A stretch of 64,000 bases of DNA, from the NCBI GenBank assembly GCA_965223665.1, contig OZ245011.1:4160001-4224000 (forward strand), written 5' to 3'. Below, piece after piece: positions 10,319-19,671 of this stretch. Origin of the DNA: Nitrospinaceae bacterium. GTDB lineage: Bacteria; Nitrospinota; Nitrospinia; Nitrospinales; Nitrospinaceae. A program made the position numbers and the translations under genes. The number at the start of each line of letters is the position of its first letter. The first letter of the stretch is position 1. Under the pieces are notes generated by a model. That model did not search any database and had not been told where the DNA came from. It saw only the letters and a program-made list of their open reading frames with translations.

Positions 10319-11121
10319 ACACTTAATCCACCATCGATAATAATATTTTGGCCAGTAATATATGAAGATGCGTCAGAGGCTAAAAATAAAACTGCTCCAC
10401 ACATTTCGTCAGCTTCTGCCATACGGCCTAAGGGAACTCGTTGGCTGTAACGGTCAATAAAAGTTTTATTTTGACCGCTAAATACTCCACCAGGGGTTAT
10501 GGCATTGACTCGAACTCCTTTGTGCCCCCAATAGGAAGCTAAATATTTTGTCAATCCCCATAAGGCTGCTTTACTAGTGCTATAAACTGCAGGCGTATTT
10601 ATACTTCGACCTTCATATTCGGAGCCTTCATAAATCCTTTGGTCAGGAGCTACAATTCCGTAGATGGAAAGAGTGTTGATGATGCTCCCCTTGTTTCGCT
10701 TGGCCATTTGAGTTCCAAACACTTGGCAACCTAACATAACACCCGTTGTATTAATTTCCATGACAGAATTCCAATCTTCTATTGGAAAGGACTCAAAGGG
10801 TTCAAAAAAATTTGGACTTTTTGCCGCTGCATTATTTATCAGTACATCTACTTCACCCATTTCTGAGATGATTTTGTTATTCAGAGTTTTTAAATCTGAT
10901 AGATTCGTAACATCTCCACCAAATGCATTTACCGAATTGGGATAGATTTCATTTATTTGATTTGCAAGTTGTGTCGCTTTTTCCAAGTTACGATCAAATA
11001 AAGCCAGACGAGCTCCTTTTTCGGCCAAAGCTTTAGTAAACTTTGTACCCAGAATTCCTGCTCCTCCAGTAAGAAGAACAATTTTACCATTTAGATCAAA
11101 ATTAATTCCGTTGTTTTTCAA
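10312..11121 (-). CDS. SDR oxidoreductase, PtmA-like
   Basis: TGGAGILG, NNAA, SIYG, YSTSK, VRVNAITPGG, YITGQNIIIDGG. Confidence 0.88.
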   Translation of the reverse strand: MKNNGINFDLNGKIVLLTGGAGILGTKFTKALAEKGARLALFDRNLEKATQLANQINEIYPNSVNAFGGDVTNLSDLKTLNNKIISEMGEVDVLINNAAAKSPNFFEPFESFPIEDWNSVMEINTTGVMLGCQVFGTQMAKRNKGSIINTLSIYGIVAPDQRIYEGSEYEGRSINTPAVYSTSKAALWGLTKYLASYWGHKGVRVNAITPGGVFSGQNKTFIDRYSQRVPLGRMAEADEMCGAVLFLASDASSYITGQNIIIDGGLSVW

Positions 11122-11800
11122 GTTTTTCTCTCATTAATAATTCTACCAATTTAAAGTCAAGAGGTTCATCAATATCAATTGATCTTTCACGGGGCATTAT
11201 ATGCAATTTTGTATTGCCATCCCATAAACCTTTTGACAAAGTTTCTAAATGCCAAACGTAAATTGAAGCATTCATTGAATATACTTTTGGAGCCATTTGT
11301 CTACTATAAACATTATTATTTGGACGTTTTACCAGCTGAAAATACCCTTGGGAATTTTGCTCCACCATATTGAAATAGGGATTTTTCTCAGCTTCATAGC
11401 CAGTAATGACAACGTCGGTATTCTCATCTAGGAGATTTAGGCAAGCAACAATATCTTCTAAATTTCGTAGGGGAGAAGTAGGATCTAAATCAACAATAGT
11501 TTTTACCTCAATTCCTGAGTTGGTCACCCAATCCACCAAGTGTTGGATGACTGGAATTTTTGCAGCCTTTTTAGTTGCCAATTCGGTTGGTCGTAAAAAT
11601 GGAACCTTTGCCCCAGCCTGACTTGCTGTTTCAGCGATTTCTGGGTCATCTGTAGAGACAAAAACATGATCAATTTTTGAACAAGAGAGGGCTTGCTCAA
11701 TAGTATGGTTGATTAGGGGTTTGCCTAATAACAATTTAATATTTTTTCTTGGGACTCCCTCTGATCCACCTCGAGCGCAAATTGTGCAAATGGTGCCCAT
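11102..11800 (-). CDS. Acylneuraminate cytidylyltransferase (LegF/PtmB/NeuA family)
   Basis: TICARGGSEGVPRKN, VSTDD, DLDPTSPLR, MNASIY, SIDIDEPLDF. Confidence 0.92.
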   Translation of the reverse strand: MGTICTICARGGSEGVPRKNIKLLLGKPLINHTIEQALSCSKIDHVFVSTDDPEIAETASQAGAKVPFLRPTELATKKAAKIPVIQHLVDWVTNSGIEVKTIVDLDPTSPLRNLEDIVACLNLLDENTDVVITGYEAEKNPYFNMVEQNSQGYFQLVKRPNNNVYSRQMAPKVYSMNASIYVWHLETLSKGLWDGNTKLHIMPRERSIDIDEPLDFKLVELLMREKLEKQRN

Positions 11801-12774
11801 TAATTTCCTCCATTATTAGCTAGCACGGCCAATGCAGCACTTTTTAAACCTTCTTGAATATCTTGCGAGGTTTGACTTTTGGTTCTTACAGCGTCCAAAA
11901 ACTCTTTCATTGCGGTAAAATACGTCTGTGAAACATCAAATCCCATTGGACCACAATTAATTGATTTTACACAATCTGGAAGCATTAAATCTAAACTCTT
12001 TTTTGGTAAATCCCAAATCAAAGTTCCTTTTTCACCAACGATTTCATAACGTCGATTGAGTTGTCTAGAAACATAATCCATTGAGACAGTTACTAAAGGG
12101 GAGCCCGTTTGTTTTCCCAAGAGAATAATCGCGGTATCTTCCGAATCAATTTCCAAGGAGCTGAATTTCCCTTTAAGTGACTTCACAGTATCAAATTCAC
12201 CAAATAGCCATCGTGCCATATCTAATTCATGAATCAAATCCATAATGACCCCGCCGCCCATGGATTTTTGAGCGCTATAACTTGATCTATAATTTTGGGA
12301 GGGGCGCCAATCAGGTAGCCACTGTCCAACAGAAAAGGAAGCACGTACGATCTTACCCAGATGATTGGATTTTATCAATTCCCTAACTTTTAACAAAGAG
12401 GGTAGAAAACGGAGATTGCAACCTACCATGGTTGTTTCAGAGTATTGGATTGATTCTAAATGGGTTTTTAATTTATCTATGTGGTTATTCTGAGTAACAA
12501 TTGGTTTTTCTATATATAAAGGGATTTTTGCTTCTAATAGTGGAATTAAGGTTTCAAAATGTAATGCGGAAGGATTACTTATTACCGCTATGCCCGGTTG
12601 AAGTGAAATGGCTGTGGAAAGATTATTTATTATTTTTGCATTTAATGATTCAGATAATTCATCTGTTAATTGGTTTTTTCTTACAAAGATGAAACGGCTA
12701 TTTGGGTCTATGGTAAAAAGGTTGTTAGCGTGTCTTTTTCCAATGGAACCAGTCCCTATAAACAAGCAGAGCAT
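11800..12774 (-). CDS. Gfo/Idh/MocA oxidoreductase, PtmF-like
   Basis: GTGSIGKRH, EKP, GQWLPDWRP, GGGVIMDLIHELD. Confidence 0.88.
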   Translation of the reverse strand: MLCLFIGTGSIGKRHANNLFTIDPNSRFIFVRKNQLTDELSESLNAKIINNLSTAISLQPGIAVISNPSALHFETLIPLLEAKIPLYIEKPIVTQNNHIDKLKTHLESIQYSETTMVGCNLRFLPSLLKVRELIKSNHLGKIVRASFSVGQWLPDWRPSQNYRSSYSAQKSMGGGVIMDLIHELDMARWLFGEFDTVKSLKGKFSSLEIDSEDTAIILLGKQTGSPLVTVSMDYVSRQLNRRYEIVGEKGTLIWDLPKKSLDLMLPDCVKSINCGPMGFDVSQTYFTAMKEFLDAVRTKSQTSQDIQEGLKSAALAVLANNGGN

Positions 12775-13085
12775 AAAGTTTGAATTAAATTTGATTAGTA
12801 AAAAGAATATCGATAAGGTAAACCAACTTTGGTATAAACTTGGACTTTATAAAAAGTTATATTATTTTGGATTATTATAGATTTTAATTTGGGATAATTA
12901 CTTTTAAAAAATTTAAAGTTTATTTAAAAGAATGACATGACAATTAGTGGTTTGAAAGCTATAATTTAAATCTTAAATTGTTTGTATTTTCCTAGCCCAA
13001 AAGAATAAAGCAATATTATAAAAGTTTTATTTCTTCCAAATTTCTAAAATTTAACTAAAAAGATCAGTTTGAGGAATGTAATTCT

Positions 13086-13691
13086 GTGATAACAAAAGCT
13101 ATTCTGAATTCTACTTCAAAAGTTTCCCAACTACAAAGAGAAAAACTATTTAAACAAAAAGGAACCATTATTTGGTTAACGGGTCTTTCGGGTGCTGGGA
13201 AAACTACTCTATCCATTGCTTTGGAGCGAGCTCTTTTTGATCAGAAAGTATTGGTCAATCTTCTTGATGGAGATATTATTCGAAGTGGATTAAATAAAGA
13301 CCTTAACTTTTCTTCAGAGGATAGGTGTGAAAATATTCGACGAATTGGTGAAGTTGCTAAACTTTTCGCCAATCAAGCGTTTGTTGTAATTGTGGCTTTC
13401 ATTTCCCCCTTTCGAGCAGATAGAGATCGTGTTCGTAAGTCAATGGCGCCAGGTAGATTTATTGAAGTGTTTGTAGACTGTCCTTTAGAGGTTTGTGAAA
13501 GAAGGGACACTAAAGGTTTGTATAAAAAGGCTCGTGAAAAAGAAATTCAAGACTTTACTGGGATTTCGTCTCCATATGAACCTCCGGAATCCCCAGAAAT
13601 TCATCTTTATACTTCCAAGCAATCTGTAGAAGAGTGTGTAGAAAAAATGATGAGTTATCTTTTTAAATCTTCAAATTTTTTTATTTCCTAG
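13086..13691 (+). CDS. cysC: Adenylyl-sulfate kinase
   Basis: WLTGLSGAGKTT P-loop, LDGD, ENIRRIGEVA, FTGISSPYEPP. Confidence 0.95.
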   Translation: MITKAILNSTSKVSQLQREKLFKQKGTIIWLTGLSGAGKTTLSIALERALFDQKVLVNLLDGDIIRSGLNKDLNFSSEDRCENIRRIGEVAKLFANQAFVVIVAFISPFRADRDRVRKSMAPGRFIEVFVDCPLEVCERRDTKGLYKKAREKEIQDFTGISSPYEPPESPEIHLYTSKQSVEECVEKMMSYLFKSSNFFIS

Positions 13692-13751
13692 AATTAATCT
13701 TCCAGAAAACCCCTATTAAATTATTTTAAAATTTTTTTTGAAGAGGAAAAG

Positions 13752-14714
13752 TTGTCCAAGTACAGTATAGAAATATCAGAAAGGCAAGAGCAAGACATTG
13801 AGAATTGTATTATTATCACGGGAGCGCCAAGATCAGGAACTACCCTGTTAGGAAAAATAGTATCGACATTTGAAAATTTAGAGTATTTTTTTGAGCCACC
13901 AACTTTATATATGATTTCCTGTTTGGTTTCTGCCGGACATATCCCCAAACCCGCTGCAGCAGATTTATTAAAGATTTATTTATATGAAGACCTTTTTCTA
14001 GAATCTGTTCATGGTAGAAAAATAAATTTAAGACCAAATGATGATAGTTTGATTTTAAACTCAATCCCCTGGAAAGAAGTTGTTGACCGTTGGCAAAATA
14101 TCCAAAATCGCAATGATGCGATGAAAATAATTGATGAAAATTCTGTTAGGTGTGCATTTAAAATGCCTAATATTATGGATAGCCTTGATTTTTTTTGTGA
14201 GTACCTGAAGAATTGCCAAATTGTTTTGATTGTTCGAGATGGTCGAGAAGTGGTTCGCTCATTAATAAAAAAGGGGTGGCTGCAAGAGGAAGCCCTAAAA
14301 AATGAAATTTGGCCCTATCAAAGAACTACAGAAAAAGTAAGGGTCCCTTATTGGGTTGAATCTGATTATTATGAAGAATGGAACCATTGGAGTGAAGCAA
14401 CAAGAGCAGCTTATATGTGGCTCATTCATTCAAAAATTGCTAATGACTGGGTGAAGGATAATTCAATCAGTAATGATAGATTGATAATAGTTCGATATGA
14501 TGAATTGCTTAGTGAACCCGAAGAAACTGTAAATGATTTGTTGGAGTTTTTAAATTGCAGTAAAACCAAAAACTCTAACCATCAAATTAAAGAAATTAGG
14601 GAGCCATCGAAGATAAATTTAAAAGAATTAACAGATTTTTATTCTCAAGTTGATAAAAGAATTCTAGATAAATTTGTTAGGGTAAATCAACTTTGGGGCT
14701 ATGATAAAAATTAA
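13752..14714 (+). CDS. PAPS-dependent sulfotransferase
   Basis: 5'-PSB GAPRSGTTLL; 3'-PB VRDGREVVRS; RYDELLSEP; adjacent to cysC. Confidence 0.85.
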   Translation: MSKYSIEISERQEQDIENCIIITGAPRSGTTLLGKIVSTFENLEYFFEPPTLYMISCLVSAGHIPKPAAADLLKIYLYEDLFLESVHGRKINLRPNDDSLILNSIPWKEVVDRWQNIQNRNDAMKIIDENSVRCAFKMPNIMDSLDFFCEYLKNCQIVLIVRDGREVVRSLIKKGWLQEEALKNEIWPYQRTTEKVRVPYWVESDYYEEWNHWSEATRAAYMWLIHSKIANDWVKDNSISNDRLIIVRYDELLSEPEETVNDLLEFLNCSKTKNSNHQIKEIREPSKINLKELTDFYSQVDKRILDKFVRVNQLWGYDKN

Positions 14715-14732
14715 ATTATTCCAAAAGTTTCT

Positions 14733-15623
14733 ATGTCAGATGTAATAAGGATAATTCCCCGATTAGATATAAAGGGTCCCAATTTAATTAAAGGGATTCA
14801 ATTTGATGGTCACCGTGTTCTAGGAACTGCAGAAGAATTTGCTGAAATTTATTATCAGGAGGGGGCAGACGAACTTTTTTATCAGGACGCGGTAGCAAGT
14901 TTGTACCAAAGAAATTGTCTTCATGAAATTATAAAAAGAACGTCTGAAAAAATATTTATTCCTCTGACTGTTGCGGGGGGAATTCGATCTGTAGAAGATG
15001 TCAAGCAAATCCTCCGGGCCGGAGCAGATAAAGTTGCTATAAATACCGCGGCTGTAAACAATCCCCAACTATTTTATGAGTCAGCAAAAATATTTGGGTC
15101 TCAATGCATTGTGAGTTCCATCGAAGCATATGAAAAAGGAGGAAAGCATAGAGTGTGGGTGGATTATGGACGAGAAGTTACTAATATTGATGCTATTGAA
15201 TGGGCAAAAAAAGTTGAGGAATTAGGAGTTGGTGAGATATTACTGACATCAATTAATAGAGAAGGAATGGGATCGGGATTTGATTTGGAATTAATTCATA
15301 AGGTATCTTCTATTGTATCTATTCCTGTAATAGCCTGTGGTGGAGCAGGTGCATGTGATGATTTTTGTAAAGCGATTGAAGCAGGAGCCGATGCGGTTTC
15401 GGCAGCATCCATTTTTCACTACCATTATGCAAGGCCAAAAAAAGAGAGAAATACTATGCAATTTGAGGGAAACTCCTTGAGGATGGGAGAGCAGGTAGAC
15501 TCTGGTAATATTGACTTTCTAAATCATGGTTATGGGGGAGAACAGGCGATTATGGTGAATCCTGCCTCTATTCAAGAAGTTAAAAATGCTATTAAAAATG
15601 AATCCATAAATGTAAGATTTTAA
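14733..15623 (+). CDS. HisF-like cyclase subunit (WbuZ/HisF2 type)
   Basis: RIIPRLDIKGPNLIKG, GADEL, GGIRS, GADKVAINTAA; next to N-acetyl sugar amidotransferase. Confidence 0.9.
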   Translation: MSDVIRIIPRLDIKGPNLIKGIQFDGHRVLGTAEEFAEIYYQEGADELFYQDAVASLYQRNCLHEIIKRTSEKIFIPLTVAGGIRSVEDVKQILRAGADKVAINTAAVNNPQLFYESAKIFGSQCIVSSIEAYEKGGKHRVWVDYGREVTNIDAIEWAKKVEELGVGEILLTSINREGMGSGFDLELIHKVSSIVSIPVIACGGAGACDDFCKAIEAGADAVSAASIFHYHYARPKKERNTMQFEGNSLRMGEQVDSGNIDFLNHGYGGEQAIMVNPASIQEVKNAIKNESINVRF

Positions 15624-15626
15624 AAG

Positions 15627-16286
15627 ATGAGTAAGGGAAAAATCTGTATTGTTGATTACGGCTTGGGAAATTTATTTAATGTCCAAAGAGCCTTTCACTA
15701 TATTGGTGCGGAAACCGTAATATCTGATTCTCCTGAAACGATATTCAAATCAGATAAGATTGTTCTTCCTGGTGTGGGGGCATTTGGAGAAGGAATAAAA
15801 AACCTTAATAAAAAAGGGTTAGCAGAGGCATTAGAGAAATCTAAAGTTAAAGGAAAACCCATTTTAGGTATTTGTTTGGGCATGCAACTTTTATTAAGTC
15901 GATCTGAAGAAAATGGTAATCATGCAGGTTTAAATTTTATTACTGGAAAAGTTGTTCGATTTCCTACCCCTACCCTAAGTGAAAAAAAGTATAAGATTCC
16001 TCAAATATCTTGGAATCGCATAATGTATTCGGAAAGCCAGAATGAGAATCGATGGAAGAAAACAATTCTAAATAATATACCTAATAGAGTATATATGTAT
16101 TTTGTTCATTCATATTATGCGCAAATTCAAGATCCTCAGTGCTCTATTGCTGTGACAACCTATGGAAATACCGAATACTCTTCAGTGATAAGATTTGAAA
16201 ATGTAATGGGTTGCCAATTCCATCCTGAGAGAAGCGGTAAATTAGGGTTGGAAATTTTAGAAAACTTTTTATTAGATTCTAATTAA
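15627..16286 (+). CDS. HisH-like glutaminase subunit (WbuY/HisH2 type)
   Basis: DYGLGN, LPGVGAF, GICLGMQ (catalytic Cys), YFVHSY, QFHPE. Confidence 0.92.
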   Translation: MSKGKICIVDYGLGNLFNVQRAFHYIGAETVISDSPETIFKSDKIVLPGVGAFGEGIKNLNKKGLAEALEKSKVKGKPILGICLGMQLLLSRSEENGNHAGLNFITGKVVRFPTPTLSEKKYKIPQISWNRIMYSESQNENRWKKTILNNIPNRVYMYFVHSYYAQIQDPQCSIAVTTYGNTEYSSVIRFENVMGCQFHPERSGKLGLEILENFLLDSN

Positions 16287-17518
16287 TGAAAATCCCTGCA
16301 GATAATAAGCATTTAAAAAATATTAAACCTAAATTTTCAACGTTAGATAGACAATTACAAGAACTGCCAAAAGAAATCAAATTCTGTAATAATTGTGTGG
16401 TTTCTAATCAACGTCCACGAACACTATTTAATGAAAAAGGAATTTGCTCGGCATGTCAATGGGCGTGGGAAAAAGATCATTTAATAAATTGGGGTGATCG
16501 AACTAAGGAGTTGGAAGAGCTTTGCAATAAATATAGGAGTAAAACGGGTAGTTTTGATGTTATTGTTCCAGGAAGTGGTGGAAAAGATAGTGCTTTTGTA
16601 GCTCATCAGCTTAAACATCGATTTAAAATGAACCCGCTTTGTGTTACATGGGCTCCATTCGAGTGGACTGAAATTGGCTGGAAAAACCTACAAAATTTTG
16701 TGAAATCAGGGTTCAGTAATATTATTGGCCAGCCCAATGGAGATTTACATAGAAAACTTTCCCGAGTGGCGTTTGAGGTAAAGGGCGATGCTTGGGAACC
16801 ATTTGCTTTTGGGCAAAAATCGTGGGCTTATCATATTGCTGAAAAATTTGGGGTTAAATTAATTTTTTATGGGGAAAATGGAGATCTAGAATACGGAGGT
16901 TCAACGAAGTATAAACACGTCCCTAAAGAAAGTATTGAAGATTGGGCAAGGCATTACTATAAAGGTGGAGATATTGATGAATTAGCCCAAACCGGGTTGG
17001 ATCGGGGAATATTAAATAAAGAGGAATCCCAATCTTGCGATTTAAAATGGTATAAAGCTCCACCACCCGAAGTAGTAAAGAAGCTTGAATTAGAGATGCA
17101 TTGGTTTTCCTATTACCTAAAGTGGACTCCCCAAGAAAACTTTTATTATGCAATGAAACATACGGATTTTCTTTTAAATGATGAGGGAAGAACTGAAAGC
17201 ACTTATACAAAATACGCTAGCTTAGACGATAAAATGGATGGGTTCCATTTTTACCTTGCTTATATGAAATTTGGATTAGGTCGAGCATCCAGAGACGCCC
17301 AACAAGATATTCGAAGACATCATATAACCCGAGACGAGGGTATTGCCTTGGTCAGACGTTATGACCATGAGTTTCCGAAGAAGCATTATTTATGGATGTT
17401 GGATTACTTGCAAATTTCTGAGGAATTTTTTCTTGAGGTAATGGATTATTATAGAGAGCAATCTAATGTTTGGCAAAAAGAAAATGGAAAATGGGCATTA
17501 AAGCATGTTGTTAGTTGA
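16286..17518 (+). CDS. N-acetyl sugar amidotransferase (WbuX/PseA/PtmG family)
   Basis: CNNC and CSAC Cys pairs, PP-loop SGGKDS, YGENG, KFGLGRA. Confidence 0.9.
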   Translation: MKIPADNKHLKNIKPKFSTLDRQLQELPKEIKFCNNCVVSNQRPRTLFNEKGICSACQWAWEKDHLINWGDRTKELEELCNKYRSKTGSFDVIVPGSGGKDSAFVAHQLKHRFKMNPLCVTWAPFEWTEIGWKNLQNFVKSGFSNIIGQPNGDLHRKLSRVAFEVKGDAWEPFAFGQKSWAYHIAEKFGVKLIFYGENGDLEYGGSTKYKHVPKESIEDWARHYYKGGDIDELAQTGLDRGILNKEESQSCDLKWYKAPPPEVVKKLELEMHWFSYYLKWTPQENFYYAMKHTDFLLNDEGRTESTYTKYASLDDKMDGFHFYLAYMKFGLGRASRDAQQDIRRHHITRDEGIALVRRYDHEFPKKHYLWMLDYLQISEEFFLEVMDYYREQSNVWQKENGKWALKHVVS

Positions 17519-17542
17519 GTACTTTACTCCTTCTCTATCCCT

Positions 17543-18778
17543 GTGAAAAAATCTAATAAAATCCTTTTTGTGACATATGGAGGCAGTCATGTTGATCTGG
17601 TTGCTAGCCTCGTCCCAGCGATTAAAAACCATCCCAATCTTGAACATCAAATTCTGGCCTTAACCATTGCCAGTAAAAAACTAAATTCTTTAAAAATTAA
17701 TTTTAAACAGTGTAAAGATTTTTTACCCTTAGATGGTTATGAAGAAGCCCTTAAAATAGGAAGATCTTTGTCAAAGCCATTATGGGATAAGTCAACAGGT
17801 ATTCCTTTTGAGGAATCTGCTGCCTACTTAGGCGTTTCAATGGTTGACTTAATAAAGGACTTAGGGGAAAAGAAAGCGTGGGAGGAGTATGAAGGAAAAG
17901 GTAGAAAGGCTTTTTTGCCCTGTAATTTTTTACAGCAAATACTAAGTATTGAGAAACCGGATATAGTTGTTACTACCTGTGATGTCCGAATGGAACGAGC
18001 AGCTCATCTTTCTGCTTTGAAAATGAGAATGCTATCTATTCGGATTGAGGACTTGTTGGGCTTTTCCGTATTGGGGGAACATCCGGTAAATAATGTAGAT
18101 TATGTAATACCGAGGGAGGAGTGGCCTGATCGAGTAATTGTGCCTAATGATTTTACCAGAAATAGAATGCTGAAAGCAGGAATGGAAAAATGGCGTGTGG
18201 TTGCTCTTGGGCAACCATTTTTATCTCAATGGTTAGAAGAATCTCATTCATCAGAAAATATTTCAAATCGTAAAAACTTTATTAATGAAAATAAACTAAG
18301 AATTACCTATATCATGCCGGGGAGAAAAGATGTTTTAATTGACCAAGGAAAAGCCGTTACCGAATTAGCAAGAAAAAGAAAAGATTGGAAATTTTTATTT
18401 AAACTTCACCCCGGGGTACCCAAAAAGGAATTTTTAACCTATGTCCCAAGTCTTCCCGATAATATTTTATTGGTTTATGAAGGTGATTTGCGAGACATAA
18501 TAAATCAGTCAAGTATCTTAATTACTTTTAAATCAACAGTGGGTTTTCTGGGTTACTTGAGCGGCGTCCCTCTAATAATTTTAAATTGTACAGGCGAGTC
18601 AAATATTTTGCCTTATGTATCAGAGGGGATTGCTACACCGGTTTATTCCTATGGAAATTTGGAGTCGGAAATTGAGAAAAATTTAAAAATTAAAGAGACT
18701 GTTTCTGTTCAATCTAAAGTACTTGAAGTAACCACTGGTGCTTCCCAGAGGATTGCTAACTATCTAGCGGATTTATAA
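17543..18778 (+). CDS. Putative GT-B fold glycosyltransferase
   Basis: FVTYGGSH N-terminal motif, KPDIVV, LGQP, KLHP, STVG; GTG start. Confidence 0.6.
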   Translation: MKKSNKILFVTYGGSHVDLVASLVPAIKNHPNLEHQILALTIASKKLNSLKINFKQCKDFLPLDGYEEALKIGRSLSKPLWDKSTGIPFEESAAYLGVSMVDLIKDLGEKKAWEEYEGKGRKAFLPCNFLQQILSIEKPDIVVTTCDVRMERAAHLSALKMRMLSIRIEDLLGFSVLGEHPVNNVDYVIPREEWPDRVIVPNDFTRNRMLKAGMEKWRVVALGQPFLSQWLEESHSSENISNRKNFINENKLRITYIMPGRKDVLIDQGKAVTELARKRKDWKFLFKLHPGVPKKEFLTYVPSLPDNILLVYEGDLRDIINQSSILITFKSTVGFLGYLSGVPLIILNCTGESNILPYVSEGIATPVYSYGNLESEIEKNLKIKETVSVQSKVLEVTTGASQRIANYLADL

Positions 18779-18819
18779 AATCAAAAGAAAAATTTAAATT
18801 AATAAAGGAGTCAATTTAT

Positions 18820-19671
18820 ATGTGGGAAGTAAGTAAGGAAGCTTGGGAAATTCTGAATTCGTGGAATTTAGAGAAGAATCCATTTGCTGCGGTTGATGAT
18901 TATTCTGATTTAAAAAAAGAATTACGTTGGCTTAATCCTGGACATCGAGAATTGTGGGAAAAAATTATTATTCAACGATTAGATTTTTTAAGAGAAAGTG
19001 GGACCAACTTCGAAGATTTTTATAAGATTACCAGCCGACCTATTGTTCGGGAACGATGGGAATTCCTTATGGCCAGAAAAGCCTGGTACATAATGCCGTT
19101 GGGTTGGGATAATTTTTTATGGGGTTCTTGCAAAATTTTGGATTTAGGTTGTGGGGATGGCGATGTTGTACAAAGAATTATAAATTATATAGGAAATCAT
19201 TTTGATAAAAATAGCGGTATTGACAATAAAGTTCATTTAGTTGGAGTTGACTTAAATCCTTCCAGAATTGAAAATGCAAATAAACTTGTCACAAGTAAAA
19301 ATAAAAATATTACATTTGAATTTCATGTTGGGGACATTACGGGAAAAGGGTTACCATATGAAAATAAAGAATTTGACTTTGCAGTAAGCACTGCTGTGCT
19401 AGAGGCTTTAGAAGATAAGGCATTTTCAAAATTTATGGATGATTTTTGTAGGGTGGTTAAAAAAGGAATTTATGTTGAAGATTTAGCAGATAAATTTCCT
19501 GGAGGATTCCCTAGAGAAAATCTCAACGACTACTTTCAAGAAAGGGGATTTCAAGTAAAGCAAAATAAGACTATTTTTAATCAACCATTTAATATTTCAG
19601 AAATACTGGATCCTATGAATATTTGGCCTATAAAGTTGATTCGGAACCTTTGGATTGAGAGAATTAATTAA
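18820..19671 (+). CDS. Class I SAM-dependent methyltransferase
   Basis: ILDLGCGDG motif I, VGVDLN, FDFAVS. Confidence 0.85.
   Translation: MWEVSKEAWEILNSWNLEKNPFAAVDDYSDLKKELRWLNPGHRELWEKIIIQRLDFLRESGTNFEDFYKITSRPIVRERWEFLMARKAWYIMPLGWDNFLWGSCKILDLGCGDGDVVQRIINYIGNHFDKNSGIDNKVHLVGVDLNPSRIENANKLVTSKNKNITFEFHVGDITGKGLPYENKEFDFAVSTAVLEALEDKAFSKFMDDFCRVVKKGIYVEDLADKFPGGFPRENLNDYFQERGFQVKQNKTIFNQPFNISEILDPMNIWPIKLIRNLWIERIN

Noticed and set aside
14733-16286. hisF/hisH as histidine biosynthesis genes
   Set aside because: Coupled to an N-acetyl sugar amidotransferase inside a glycan locus; no other his genes nearby.
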